From the human T2T-CHM13v2.0 reference genome, Homo sapiens, in NCBI RefSeq assembly GCF_009914755.1, contig NC_060935.1: DNA of 64,000 bases; one strand, written 5' to 3'. The position numbers were made by a program, and so were the translations under genes. Positions 42,745 through 56,900 of this stretch are shown piece by piece. A model generated the notes under the pieces. The model was given only the letters and a program-made list of their open reading frames with translations. It did not search any database and was not told the DNA's origin. Every line of letters begins with the position of its first letter. Within the stretch, counting starts at the first letter, position 1.

Positions 42745-43661
42745 AATTATTTACTCACATGTCAGAAGGGCTATTACAAAAAGATGAAGGATAACACATG
42801 TTGGCCAGTGTGTGAAGAGAGAACGCTTGCACATGGTTGGTGGGGATGTCAATTAGTACGGCCATTATGGAAAACAGGATGACAGTTCTTCAAAAAATTA
42901 AAAATATTCTAAGAAGTAGGCTCTGGTCAAATTAAAAAAAATAAAAATGGCGCCACCCTATGATCCAGCAATCCCATTTCTGGGTATATGTCCAAAGAAA
43001 ATGAAATCAGACTGTCGAAGAGATGTCTGCCCTCTCATGTTCATCGCAGCACTGTTGACAATAGCCGAGATAATATGGAAAGAACGTAAGTGTCCCTCAA
43101 CAGACGAATGGGTGAGGAAAATGTTGTAGATAAATTCGATGAAATACCATTTGGCCTTAAAATAAGGAAATCCTGTCATTTGGAGCAACATCAATGAACC
43201 TAGAGTACATTACATTAAGTGAAATAAGCCAGGCATAGAAAGAAAAGTGTTGTCACTTATATCTGGAATCTAAAAAAGCTGAACACACAAAAGTAGGGAG
43301 TAAAATGGTGGTTGCCAGTGGTTACTAGGGGTAAGGAGGTGTGGCTTATGAACATGTTGTTCAAAGGACAGAAAATTTTAGTTGAACAGAAAGAACATAT
43401 TCAAGAGATTCATTATACAACACAGTGACTATAGTTAATAACAATGTTTCCTGTTCCTGAAAATTCCTAAAAGAGTAGATTTTAAGTGTTCTCATTACAA
43501 AAAAATGATAACTACATGAGGTAATGATATGTCAATTAACTCAATTTAGCCATTCCACAATGTATATGTATATATTCCAAAACAACATGTTGTACAAGAT
43601 AAATATGTACATGTTCACTCGTTAATTAAAATTTTTTAACTTAATTTAAAAAAAAAAAAAA
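42745..43661 (+). mobile_element. L1MA-like 3' end (ORF2 C-terminus remnant and 3' UTR)
   Basis: ORF 42947-43129 '[14 protein letters not shown]...[11 protein letters not shown]...KCPSTDEW' resembles L1 ORF2 C-terminus; poly(A) at ~43649-43661. Confidence 0.9.
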
Positions 43662-43664
43662 AGA

Positions 43665-44017
43665 CAGTCAGCCCTCCCTATCTGTGGGTTCCACATCCAT
43701 GAATTCAATCAACTGCACATCAATGCCTTGATTTGATTCTTACACATTGTATGTTTATATCAAAATATCACATGTACCCCATAAATATGTACAAATACTA
43801 TTATCATCAGAAAAGTTTTTAAATAAAAATCGTATCTGTACTGACAGGTACAGACTTTTGTCATTATTCCCTAAGCAATGCAATATCATGCCTGTTTACA
43901 TAATGTTTACATTGTATTAGGTATTGTAAGTAATCTGAAGATGATTTTATAAGAGAGACTTGAGCATTCCTGGATTTGGGTATAGGTGGAAGGTCCTGGA
44001 ACCAATCCCCATGGATG
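43665..44017 (-). mobile_element. MER2 (Tigger MITE) containing a ~100-bp L1MA 3' tip (~43725-43828)
   Basis: cagtcagccctccctatctgtggg...ggtcctggaaccaatcccc; inner 'tacacattgtat...aaatatcacatgtaccccataaatatgtacaa'. Confidence 0.8.
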
Positions 44018-44289
44018 CGGCATAGCACTAAATAGATGTAGTTATTGGTTATGTCCACTGCTTAGCTTCGGTCTCCCTCCATGGGATGAAGCGCCACCGA
44101 TGTTAGGCACTTCCTCTGTTCATCTGCAACAGTGCCTGGCTCAGACTACGCACTCAAATAGCCATGTTTTGGACAAAGGCACTCTGCTGCTGTTTCTAGA
44201 ACTGTCTTCAGCTTTGCAGAATATTCCAGAAGAGTAATCATTCTCCTGACTCCATGGAGATCTCATCAATGTATGTATGCCTTTGTTTT

Positions 44290-44620
44290 GTTTTTCTATT
44301 TATTCTTAAATGAAATCTGCCTTACCTGGGGTCACTATCAACTCCCTTTACCGAACCTGCCTCTCTGGCTGACTTTTCCTGGTTTTTGAATTCAGTCTTA
44401 TTCATACTAAAATTTTATCCCATCTTTCTAGAACTTCCTGTCCCCTTTCAACACTTTACTTTTCCTGCCTAGCACTGTTTCCTTTCTAACATATTATGTT
44501 GTTTTAAACTATTTATTGGTATCTTCAAGGTGAGAGATTTGATCAGTGTGTTTGCCTTTTATCAATGACTTACTAGAACATTGCCTGGGACATAGTTTGT
44601 GCTCAAAGATTATTTGTCAA
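44290..44620 (+). mobile_element. L2 3' fragment
   Basis: 'ctagaacattgcctgggacatagtttgtgctcaaagattatttg'. Confidence 0.55.
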
Positions 44621-46825
44621 GAAGAAGAGCAAAAGGAAAAATTCTTTTTCTAAAGATATTCAGAAGAATATAACCTGCATGTAACTCTACAAGTATTTAA
44701 GGCTTTGTTTTTTTCTAAATATTCTTTCTTTTCCATTAAATCTGCCTCCTGAACGTGACTATTTTCCAAGCAACCAGATGCTATGGGCTGTTGCAGATCT
44801 GGCGTGCTGCCAAACGAATCGCGGATCGAAAAGGCTTCCAGGTACATAATCACTCGTGACACCCTCCCCACCTGGTGAGTGTGCAGGCGACAACAGGGCA
44901 CATTTTCACCCACCTCCACAAGTGAGCAACTCCAGGCCTGGCCCAGTCTGCATATCTGGTGACTGGCAGGACAAAGATTTCCAGTGCCTACGGAACCCAT
45001 GAGGCAGCCACCGTGCTCACTCCCAGTTTATAGAAAGGACTCTGAGGCCCAGAAACCATTAAACAACTCGCCTAAGTCCTCCTTTGGTCAGATGTAAAAG
45101 ATATGAGACTCATGGTGTGTCTGACTCTAGAAAATTATCTTAATTGCTTTTCTTCGGTGTTAAACTCCTATCTGTAAGAATGTGAGCGGGTGAATAAAAG
45201 AGTGTATGAAGAGGGCTCCCCATTCCTGATTTTGCTACCATCCTCCATGCCTTGATTTCTTTTCCTGTCATGCCGCCTTGCTCCCTGGCTATTAGCTGAG
45301 TATCATTAGTTACAATGTAAAATGAATACTTCTCTGTTTCAAGAAGGCCTTCTTTCTTTCTTTTTTTTTTTCTGGGAAATGCTGTGGCTGGCAGTGCAGA
45401 GGCAATTAATATACACACATCTATCCTGCAAGGAAATGCAAGCCCTGCTGGCCATCCTCAAAACCATGCCCAGCATGAAAGGTCCCCTCTGTCATCCTCT
45501 GCCTCACTGCCCTGTGGAAGCTGAGGCTACCTTTCAGGCTGGGGTTCTTGTCCTGTCAAGAAAGAGGCTTAATGTTTCTTCCAGGAGTGGTTAAAAGTCA
45601 ACCAATAGATCTCCTCAGTCATTTTCCAAGCTGGGCTGAACTTAGATTTCATAACAATTCTATTTTTAACTACTTTGTAATTCTATTATCTTCTCCTTTG
45701 GTTCAATGTTTCTGTACATTAAGCATCCTAGCAGATTTAAATAATAGTCTGTGATAAGTCTAGAACCAAGTTAGGTGATACGCTTTCCTTCAGGTAAACC
45801 ATTTCAGTTATTTCACAAGGCCAAGAGCCCCCCAGGTGTAGGCATGCCCCCCAGAGCCTCCTGCCCCTTACTGCGCCCTTTCCCCGAGAGAAGGCAGAAT
45901 GGGTACAAGTCCACCCTTGTTATTTGGGATAAGAATAATGCCTACATAGGACAGAGGCACCCAATGGGTGCTAGAGAGGTATGGTATTGGGAATGGGAAA
46001 AGATAAGGTAGCAGGGCTTAGGCCAAAGGGGAGAGGAAAGACAACAGAAGAGGAGTAAAGAGGAATAAAGCTAATATGAAGAAAGTCATGACAAGTTGTA
46101 TAAAGAGACATCAAAAATTAACCTAGCAGCTGGGCTGAGCAGTTGGGCACAAAAAAAAAAAAAAAGGAGGAAAGGTAATATTTATGTTTTTAAAGGTGAA
46201 AGATAACAAAAAAGTAAAGAGAAGAATAGTAGCTAAAACAAACTAAATCAAATAAAAAAAATTAGAAAGTAAAGGAGCAAATGAAAGAGGAATTAAAATG
46301 TAGTCAAATCATTAGTAAGTTAGTGTTGTATATCGGCTTAAAAATATAAAATATTGCTCTGATATAGCAAATTTACCTCTCTTCCGCAGCCCTGTGGTGT
46401 TCTAAAAATCAGTAGCTGAAGAAATAAATCGTTACCCTGTCACACTGGATCAGGTGCCTGCCATAACACCAGCTCAGGGTTAACTTTCCTGTTATTCCCC
46501 ATTACGAAGGTTCTGACCATTCAGGGTTTGGGTTCCGCCTCCTGAGTCTCTGTCTATGTTTAATGACTGCCATCAATTATATACTTCTTTTCTCCCCATG
46601 ACATTTTGTCAATCATAATTGGGGCAGGTATTTTTGCTATTATTATTATCATCATTATTATTTTCAGTGATAAACTATCAGAGCCTGGCTCAGTTGATAG
46701 AAAATCTATCTGAATCTTGGCTGTCAGGATAGCATTGCTGATTACTTTGAAGTAACCTGCAGCAGTGTTGAGAGAAAATAATCATTGAAATGATCCAAAG
46801 GAGTAACTAGGGAACAATCTTTTAT

Positions 46826-46909
46826 CTTTCCCTCCCTCCCTCCCTCCCTCCCTCCCTTCCTTCCTTCTTCCTTCCTTCTTTCCTTCCCTTCCTTCCTTCT
46901 TTCCTTCCT
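46826..46909. repeat. (CCCT)7 + (CCTT)n pure polypyrimidine tract
   Basis: Read directly. Confidence 0.95.
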
Positions 46910-47699
46910 ATTTTAAAAATTTTCCTGAAGGATAAACTGTCTTCTTGGAAATGATGCACCTCAACCTCAAGCTACAAGGGAATACTCTGAGAATAACTGG
47001 AATTGTTCTTAGGAACTAGTCTCTCCCTGCTGTTGCCCCTGGGTCTTTAGAGGAAACATAGTTGTTACCACTAATCAGAATAGACAGGTAAAACCACCAG
47101 TAGATAAGCTTCAGTTAGCCAAGATGGGACTGCAAGAAACCTTATGAACGAAACCTTAAGGTGGCTTAGCGGACTGCACGGACGGTCTGTGTTTAGGTGA
47201 GGAGCCTGGCATTTCAGAGCTCTGGAGAATAGGAGCAGGCAAGAAATCCAAGACTGCTCACTCAGACAGTGAGTCAACGTGTAAACAAAGGCTGAGAAAT
47301 GTGGGCTTAGCTCTTACCACAACTAAAAAGGCCTTTATTCATCCATATGTTTCTAACCTCAGCTCCTCACCACCCATCAGAAATGATTTAAGATAAATAC
47401 CAGCCCAAGTAAATATTTAAAACATAGTCTCAGATCCTAACGAAGTTTTAAGATTTTCTAAAAATATAATCTACGCAAGTTTTTAAGCATACCAACTATT
47501 TTACTTGAATATATCCAAAGAAAAGGGGATATGCACTTTGAAATCTATGAAACTTAACCATTTTTTAAAAAATGAATAATAATTTGCTTCATGTAAAGTA
47601 GAAATTACAATGAACTCATGCTACATTATGAAGCTACTTACTGTTGAATCCATCTTTCCCTTTTCTAGACTGAAAAGTAAAATAACCTTGCACTTAAAC

Positions 47700-47835
47700 C
47701 CTGTCTCTATCACCTTGGACGAGTCACTTCTGAGCCATAGTTTTCTCTTCTGCAAAATGGGAATAATATCAAAATTATAAATTGTTATATAAATGACTGA
47801 TTTATACAACATTATAGGTGCTCAAAATATGGTAG
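47700..47835 (+). mobile_element. MIR fragment
   Basis: 'accttggacgagtcacttctgagccatagttttctcttctgcaaaatgggaataata'. Confidence 0.65.
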
Positions 47836-47898
47836 CTTTCATTCATTTACCCGTTCATCCATGTATCCATCCATCTGCCAATGTATTTACCCATCTAA

Positions 47899-48196
<298 letters not shown>

Positions 48197-50399
48197 TACC
48201 CATCTAATATTTATTGAAGGTCTCCTTTCCAGCAGAGGCCGTGCTGGGTGGTGCCTTTTATCAAGATGAGAGCCTGGGTTCCTCTGGTTGTTTTGCTGGA
48301 AAGGTTAAGTTAGACTTTCAAGCATCAACAACCATATCGACATACAAACTGCATTATTGCAACCCAGATGTTAAAAAATAATTGTCAGAGTTTGCACTTA
48401 AGAAGGCAGATGGGATCTATTTTAACAAATGAAACTTGGAGAATGATGGACAATTTGAAGTACTTTGCATAATATTCTGTCAATTTAAAAAGAAATGCAA
48501 ACCACAAGTTTTGCAGGTCCTGGGAGGGCATTGCCCTCAGGATGCTCACTCCTGTCCCAGTCCAAACTAACTCCAATTCAAGGAAGGAAAAAATTCATAC
48601 TGGTTTCATAGAAGTCGGGAATCGATAGTTCTTGACAATCACTTCTTCCCTATAAACCTTAAGCCCAGGAGGTCCTCAAGAGAAGACTCAGTGCTCACAG
48701 AAGGAGGGGCAATTTGAGGGCAGACATATTGTCTTTCCATGCACAACCTCTGAAGTATCCTAGCAACTCCTGAGAGCAAACCCTTTATGATCTGAGTTCA
48801 GGGCCATCCAGTTCTGTCTCCTTAACGCTGTCAGTCAGAGCTACCCAGGAAACATCATTACTCAGAATTTCACCTTGCAAATAAATAGCTCTGAATGGCC
48901 ACCAGAGGCAATGGAATCTCTCAAAGACATTATCTGGAAATAGTCAGTGGACAGCACCTCGAGTCCCATTAATCATCCTCATGCTTACAGTACTTCTTAA
49001 TGGCTTTTATGGTTTATCCTTTGAACGCCAACAAGGAGTGTGATTTTTCCTGGCTTATTCTATTAAGCAGAAATCTATATCTAATATAAATGTCCCAATG
49101 GTAGGGTATTTGGCAAGGCCCCGGATGAGCTAGCACCCCAGTTTTATCTTGCCCTGCCCAAAACGATGTGCGGAGATTGAAGATTTAAGGAAAAGGTAAA
49201 CATGCCTGGTGCTTTCTAAGGAATCAGAACACAATGCCATCAGGGAAGGAGTTGCCGTATACCACCAGCTGGATCTTCAGGGGTAAAGGATGTGGTTTTT
49301 GCTTTTCAAGACAGGTAAGGCTCAGGAGGGGCATGAAACCACAGACTGTTAAAGGAAGCAAAACAAAAAGATGCTTAATTTTCTCCAGGGAGTAATTTTA
49401 AATAAGGAAACGTGATTGGCAATGGCTGTCCTTGTGGGGAAAGAAAGCCTGGGCTTTGCCTCAGAATTCTCTATCACACGCAAGGGAAGCTGGTTAAGCT
49501 GCCCAATCACTTCCCAGTGTGCCAAGAGGCCACAGTCGCCATTTAAAAGTGATATATATCCCACATAGTGAAAAGCAGCAGAATATGACTATATTCTGCA
49601 GAGATGGATGTGCAAAATGTGAGATTCATCTTTTCAACCTGCAGAGGAGGTTTGAACTGTTCAATTCTGAAATTCCCGGTCAGCATTTTTGATGGCAGTC
49701 ATTGACAGGAACTAAGCTGCACCCCCCCACCCAAAAAAAGATGCAATATTCACTTGAATAAGGGTAAAAGAAAAGGTGAGGTCTTCAGGTAACAGAGAAT
49801 CAAATCATGGTATCAATAAACTTATCAGTGCAGCACCCAGCACCAAGCACACTGGAGTCTGGCCCTAGCTTTGCTACCAATGAATTGTGGTCACCTGAAG
49901 AGTTCATTTGACTTCTCAGTTCTTCATTCTTTATTTGTAGGAAGGGGCAGCAGGGGAATGCTTACTTCATGAACTTGTTCTGACAGTCCTCATAGGTATG
50001 ATGTGAACTATTAAAAGCCAGGACCCTCAGATCCCTCTGGAGCATCTCCTAGCTGGAGGTTTCAAGTCCTATGGGAAGCTGGCTGGAACGGAGATGTGGC
50101 CACTTTCTTCATTATACTCAGGTGAAATCTGTAGTATATTCACTAGTACTCTACCCTATCCTAGACTTTACTCTGTGCTCAGTCTCCAAGCTGGGGTCAT
50201 GCAAAACAGCTTTTCCTCAAACAGACTGAAGACCTAAAATAAACACTCTTGACTAGAGCAACGTAAATTACTATTAAGCGTAGCCATATGGTCATAGGAA
50301 CATTGCCTAGAAGCTTGTTTCTAATTGTTTACATTTTATTTTCTTTTTCCCTGACAAATATACATATTGACATTAACTTATTCACCATTTTGGCAAAAT

Positions 50400-50629
50400 A
50401 GGTCAGGAGAGCAAGACCATCCTGGCTAACATGGTGAAACCCCGTCTCTACTAAAAATACAACAAATTAGCTGGCTGTGGTGGCACATGCCTGTAGTTCC
50501 AGCTACTCAGGAGGCCGAGGTAGGAGAATCGCTTGAACCCAGGAGGCGGAGATTGCAGTGAGCAGAGATCGCACTACTGTACTCCAGCCTGGGCGAGAGA
50601 TCAAAATTCCATCTCAAAAAAAAAAAAAA
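50400..50629 (+). mobile_element. 5'-truncated Alu (AluSc-like)
   Basis: Starts at aggtcaggaga..., lacks ~65 nt of the 5' end; poly(A) tail. Confidence 0.9.
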
Positions 50630-50666
50630 TTATATTGGCTGGCGGTAGTTCTCTGATGATGGCTGC

Positions 50667-51224
50667 TGTAATTGTTACTTTTGTATGTCAATTTGATTGT
50701 GCCACAGGGTGCTTAGCTATCTGGTTAAACGTGTTCTGTGAGAACATTGTTGCATGAGATTAACTTTTGAATCAGTAGATTTAGTAATGCAGATTGCCCT
50801 CCCTAATGTGGATGGGCCTCATCCTATCTTTTGAAAGCCTGAATGGAACAAAAAGGCTGAGTAAGGAATTATTTTCTCTCCCTGCCTGATGGGCTTTGGC
50901 TGGGACATCAGTCTTCTGCCTTCAGGCTGAGGCTTGGACTGAAACTTACACCAGTGGCTCTCCTGGGTCTCCACCTTGCCAACTGATCTTGGAACTTCTC
51001 GGCTTCCATAATCATGTCCATTAATTCTTATGATAAATCTCTCTCTTGTACATGTGTATGTAAATCAACATATGTACATATAGATATATATGTAGAGATA
51101 CATATATAAACAGAGCCAGTAGATCTCTATATAGAGAGTGTCTATCTGTCTATCTATCTATCTATCTAATCTTTCTATTGAGATATCTCCTATTGGTTTT
51201 ATTTCTCTAAAATGTCCTAACACA
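50667..51224 (+). mobile_element. MLT2 (C/D-like) ERVL solo LTR with internal TA/TATC microsatellite
   Basis: tgtaattgttacttttgtatgtcaatttg...'cagattgccctccctaatgtggatggg'...ctaacaca; TSD gctgc/gctgg. Confidence 0.85.
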
Positions 51225-53682
51225 GCTGGCATAGGAAATGTTGACCACAACTTTTAGATCTGGGATGTTGAAGCATTCTCTGCAGATATTATGATGGGTA
51301 CGTCATAGAGCATGATTAGAATTCAAGGATCTGAGCGTTGAGTACTTCGTATTTCATTTTGCATACTCTGGTTAAAAAGCGAACTAATCAAAGCCTCAGA
51401 GGGGAATTGAGTAGCCCATGCACCAGGCTGAAATCATTGCTTAATATAGATGACAAGAAGTATTAGAACAACATTTTTCAGTATGTCCTGTTTCACATGG
51501 CTCAGTGGTAGAAACTTTGTATAAATGAAATTAACGTAAGTAAGCTATTCTCTTTGGAGACAAATGTCTAAAACAAAGCACAATGGAAATCACTGATTCT
51601 GGTTTAATTACTATTTCACACATATTTATAGAGCGTCTACTATATGGCAGCCATTCTAGGCACCTAGACAAGAAAGACATACAAAATATTCTTAGTAAAA
51701 GTATGAAAATCATACAGCTGATGCTACAAAGCCCTGGGTGAGCTGAAAGACACCAAGAAATAGGGTGAACAAATACATGAGCTAAAAGCCACACTGACCT
51801 ACCTCACAGTTTTTCAGAAATCAATGAGTTAAAGGTAGTCAAAGAGTTATGAAAGTTTCTGTGTGTTTCAAAAATAAGATGAGGTGTTATTACAATGGAA
51901 GGCTTAAAGTAGAAATCAGACTTTGCAAGTTATTAGTAGCAGCCCATAAACCAAATTACATTTTGCAAGAAATAAAGTGGGAAAGGTACTGGGAAAGTGA
52001 GCTTCTCCTTTCAGAGTGACATTTTTGTGATAAAAATATGATGGGTGAGAATAACAAAGTTTGGTGTGAAGTTCCGCTGCACAGCTATTAAAACTCTTGT
52101 GAGGAGAACTATAAAGAAACTCCCAGGCAACAGCTATCCTCAGCAAGCGCATAATGAATTATCTATAAGACTAGTTCAGCGTTAATAAATAGGTTTCTCT
52201 TATGTTTGTATTTGCAATAGTAGTGGGAGATATTCTAAGAGCTTACTTCATACATGAGCCATTTTGGGAAAACAAAAAAAATACAAACAAAAACATACAT
52301 TGTACCATCATACCTTCTTTATGGTGACTTGGGCATTTGGGCTATTCTGAATTCCATTTCATAGAAAGATAAAGTTACATTTCAGACACCTGCCAAGCAC
52401 ATTCTTTCTTGTCTTCAATTAACCTTCCCCCAGCCCCAGAGGTGTAATCGGCTCACTTCCCAGATGCACACTAAGCTCCTTCTCCCTCACTTTTCCTTAC
52501 TTCCTTTACTTCCAAACACTTTCGCTGATCATTCCATTATATCCCTTCATCTTTGTATTCTTTCCTACCTTCTCTCTTTCAGTTCTTGGGCTTTTTCTAA
52601 TCAATTTGTAAAGCCAGGAAGAACATGAAATTAAATAATTTTTTAAATAATTTAAAAAATTAAATGTTTAAATAATTAAAATCTACACACTCACAAACGT
52701 CTGCCATGCTGACAAACCACCACGGCTCTCTTGACCATCTACAACCTATCATCAGAATTGCTCCACTCTGTCTGTGCCTATATCTCTTCTGGGTCACAAA
52801 CTCCACGGGCCTTATCTTTTGATTAATTCAGTATTTTATTTTCCCCTATTATAATACCACAAAGATACTCAGGGCTCAAAAATGTCTTAGTTGATGCTGA
52901 CAGTAATGGAAACACATGAGGATTCATATGAATTAAGCAGCAACTATCCAGATGCTGAAAACAAAACTGGGCCCAGTGGCTTGCGGATTCTCATGCTCAG
53001 CCCTGGCTAAGGCCATGGAATGTAAAACATTGTTAGGCCATTTTACAAAAAAACTCAATTAAAACGTACAAAATAAAGTGAACGCCCAAAAGGAAAAGTG
53101 ATTTGGAAAATGAACTGGTTAGCACTTACAGTAATTACTAGAGATTACTACCAAATTACTAACCAAATTACTGGTAGAATGGCCATATTATTCTACTCCT
53201 TAAAATGACGTTGCATACCAATTTCAAGTAATTGTACATAATTTCCTTGACTGAGTCCAGATAGTAATTTGAAACTGATCCCCACGCAGGGTCTCCATAT
53301 TTCTTCCCGTGTCTCTGACTGGAGTTTGATATTGCTTTAACCTGAAGACAACACTCCCCACCCCCACTTCCATTCCCAGCCCCTTGCCTCTTTTGGCCAG
53401 ACTAATAGCATAGTGGAACACACAGCAAAAAATAGTGTTTTTACAAGTCTGACCTTACGACTCTGTGGTCACTCACATGACATAGTTTGAAAGGGTCTCA
53501 GACAAGTTGCCCACAGCACTCTGGGTGCCCCAAATGCCACCATTTATTCTTTAGTTGGGATGAAGCACTGGGAAGTAATTTACTGGATCCACTTAACAGG
53601 GATATTTAGGAGAGGATGAGATCTCCAACTACAAAGAAAATTTCCTAAAATGGGGAAAACACTGGGTGAGGGAATGAAGATC

Positions 53683-53960
53683 TGTATCACAAATTCAGTT
53701 TCCAGAAGCAGATGCTGAATTGGAGTCTGGGGTTCCAGATACTTATTGGAGCGCCACACCTGGGAAGGGAAGAGGGAGGAAGCATGAGCCTCCAGGATTG
53801 CAGGCCCCCCAAGAAGGGGCATGAAGCACAAACAATGCAGCCCCACTGCAGCTGAAGGACCCTCAGGAGGAGCTGAGGAGCTGTGAGGCTGGCAGGAGGC
53901 CTGCTGACTAGGCTCCCTGCAGTTGGGCAAGGATCCAGTCAAGGAGGCCTCTCTGATACA
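53683..53960 (-). mobile_element. LTR16-like ERVL fragment
   Basis: 'gaagcagatgctgaattggagtctgggg...acacctgggaagggaagagggaggaagca'. Confidence 0.45.
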
Positions 53961-55024
53961 TGGTTAGGCTGGGGACACTCCCAGTAAATGTCTACTCTAC
54001 GGTTTTAGGGCCAGGCTTTGTACTAAAGAATTAGGCAAGATCCCAAATTTAAAAAAAAAATAATAATAATAATAAAAAAGAAAAAAAGGCCGTCTTCAGA
54101 AAACAAAAAATGGCATGACTAGCTCTCTCATAAAGGATACACCAGTGATTGCAAAAATGCTGTTGTCTTTTCAAATCAGCCTAAACTGGATTTCCAAATT
54201 AGCAGCCCCAACTGTGACTGCGCAGTTGCTTGCATTTGTAGTGCTGAAAAGTTGTGTTCACAGATAAGAGAGAACCATCTAACATAAGGCTACCACATTT
54301 CCCCCTTCTCCAGATCTGGGAAATGTGGTTGATTTGCATATTTAGCATACATTTGCATTCTGTGTTCAATAGCCCCTAACTCTAATTATGTCAAATAAGA
54401 TAAATTAGTACATTTCACTGCCATTGCATTCTAGCCCTGTGGTTAGGGGCTAAGGAGACTTAACCCAACTTTTTCCTTCTCCTTCTGGCTTATTCCCTTC
54501 TAGGACAGAAGTCATTTGGTGTTCAGGCTGGGGACATTTCAAGGTAAATCCTTAACTACAGAGGAGGGGGAGGGTAAGAAAAAGAAACAACCAATGATAT
54601 CCAGAAATAGAGTTGTACATTTTCTGTTCTAACAAGTAAATTTAAAATGCCAACTTGATCCAAGTGTAAACAAAAAATGAACCTCGTGGATATTTTAATA
54701 AGTTAACAGAAGGCAAACGACTTTTAAACAAAACAAAAAGTATTACAAAATCAAATCCAGTACATCATCTTTCTGCAACATAAAACTTCCTATCATGCTG
54801 GGAATAAACAGGTTTGTAGATGGTGAGTGGTTCTAGAACCAGGAAGGAAGATAGCAAGCATCCAGGGGAAGGTCGTCATTGTTCTCCAGTCCATCATTTG
54901 TGTCCCATCCTCTCTTATTGAGATTTATAGGTCATTCTGGAGTCACTGGAATCACTCATTGATATGTTTTGCATATCGTGATAGGGCCTCACAAATCCCC
55001 CAACTTCACCCCTTTATCTCACGG

Positions 55025-56900
55025 GACGTATATTTATGAAGCACTCTCTATGTGTTAGCAAGGTTGAAGGTATCAAGATGAACAAGAACTAGAAACCCAG
55101 CTTGCTAGGAAGCCACATGGAAAACTGACTGAGAGAGTGATTACAATATAACAAGTAACATAAGAGAGGTGTGTGAAAAATGTGATGAATGCACAGAAAA
55201 CCAAATGCTTACGTCTGCTTGAGAAGCAGTAGAAATGTAAGATTGCATAGGCCATAAGAGGTTTCCAAGAGGAGAAAATATTTTATCCTGCTTAAATTGG
55301 AAGAGTAAAAAACTCTGAAGATCAAGAGGTGGGGAAAAGACTTTCTAGGAAGTGGGAATTATGTGTATAAAAGCACTTGCATTCATGAATTTGAATGCCC
55401 AATGAATAAGTCCAAAAATATACAATGTGTTTATGAAAATAAAGAGAAAGATGCTTCAGCTGCGACAGTTGAAAAAGAATTCATGGAGGCAGTGAGGCTT
55501 TCCCGCGAACACCAAAATGGTCCGATCTGAGGGGCAAGGTACTCCCGGAAGGAAGAACCTGCACAAACAGATGCATGGCACTGGATCTTATACGCCTCAT
55601 GCAACACGTGAATCTACTGGATTAACTCAGCCATGAGAAGGCAGCAGTAAAATAGAGACCAAGGTGCCTAAGAAAATACTGTACGCATGCTGGGGGTCAT
55701 GTATGCCTACTTTAAAAAAAAAAAAGGGGGCTGAAACAATCACATTAAATCATTATTTTAGGTCAGGCACCATTTAGTGATTCTTTATAGAAAACACAGA
55801 CAGGTGAATTAGGAACACACCCGCAAGAGAGCACAGGATTAATTAGTCCTGCAGACAAGAAGGCTATTGTAGAAGGCTGTTAGAGAGCTGCAAAATTACC
55901 ATATTCCAGGTGTGAAGAGAGGAAGAGCTCAGTGAGGTTGGTTCCAGTGGGAATAAAAATAAAGCACAGGTATTCAAGGCATTTGGAAGACTGTCTTATG
56001 AAACATGATTTTATTTAGGTTAGGATGACATACAGGAATACTGTTAGCGTTTTGAGACTGGGTAAATAGGAGAATGAAAAGGACAGGGAAAGCAGGAAGA
56101 TGAGAGGCGATGGGACAGGGAATAACATTATTATGTGTCAACTGTATTTCTAGTATTTACCTATCAAGTTTATATTTAGCTCATCAATCCTTATAAAAAC
56201 CCTATAAAATAAAAATTATTCTTCTACACTAAAAAATCACAAATCAGGGAGATTTCGCAAATTGCCCAAGAGCCCAGGGGTAGTGAACTGGAGAGGCAAA
56301 ACTGAGTCCTGGATCTACTGCACTTCAGTTTCTGTTTAAGCTCTATTCAATATGCCTCACATGTTCCAGTGAGAAACATAATGTGTTTGGACTTAGACAC
56401 GGTGAGTTTGAGATGATGGTGGAACATTCAAGAAGAAATATCTAGTGAGCAGTCAGACATAATAGGATCATAGATTTATAGAGCTGGAAGGCATCTTAAA
56501 AATCATCTAATCGTAGAGCCAAAATTCTAAAATGAGATTATAGCTGGGGTTATCCATTTGGGAAAAATTCACATATTAGAAAATGAATGAAGTCACCATA
56601 TGAGAGAAAATATGCAGTAGAAGGTTAACGATTGTCCTTTGGGTGTGCCCACCTTTCTGGGGTGGGGAGAAGAAAAGAGATTACTAATAGGACAGGACAG
56701 GGGCTTCCTGAAAAGGGGAAGAGACAGTGAGGTGCCTCCCACATCCAGAAGGCAGATTGAGGAGCAGGTATCAAAAATGTTAAATGGCTCCAATAAGTCA
56801 GAGAAAATGAGGCAACTGTCTGTGGTGGATAGAAGTGTGTTGGTTGCCGTAGAGAGAACCTGTCAAAGAAATCAGGAAAATAATATAAGGAGACAAATAC
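55025..56900 (-). mobile_element. Degraded L2 fragments with interspersed MIR pieces (~56140-56350)
   Basis: 'ggtgagtttgagatg...gaaatatctagtgagcagt' L2 motifs; MIR-like core near 56170-56300; boundaries approximate. Confidence 0.5.

Noticed and set aside
42947-43129. L1 ORF2-like peptide
   Set aside because: Decayed remnant of a 5'-truncated L1MA; not functional
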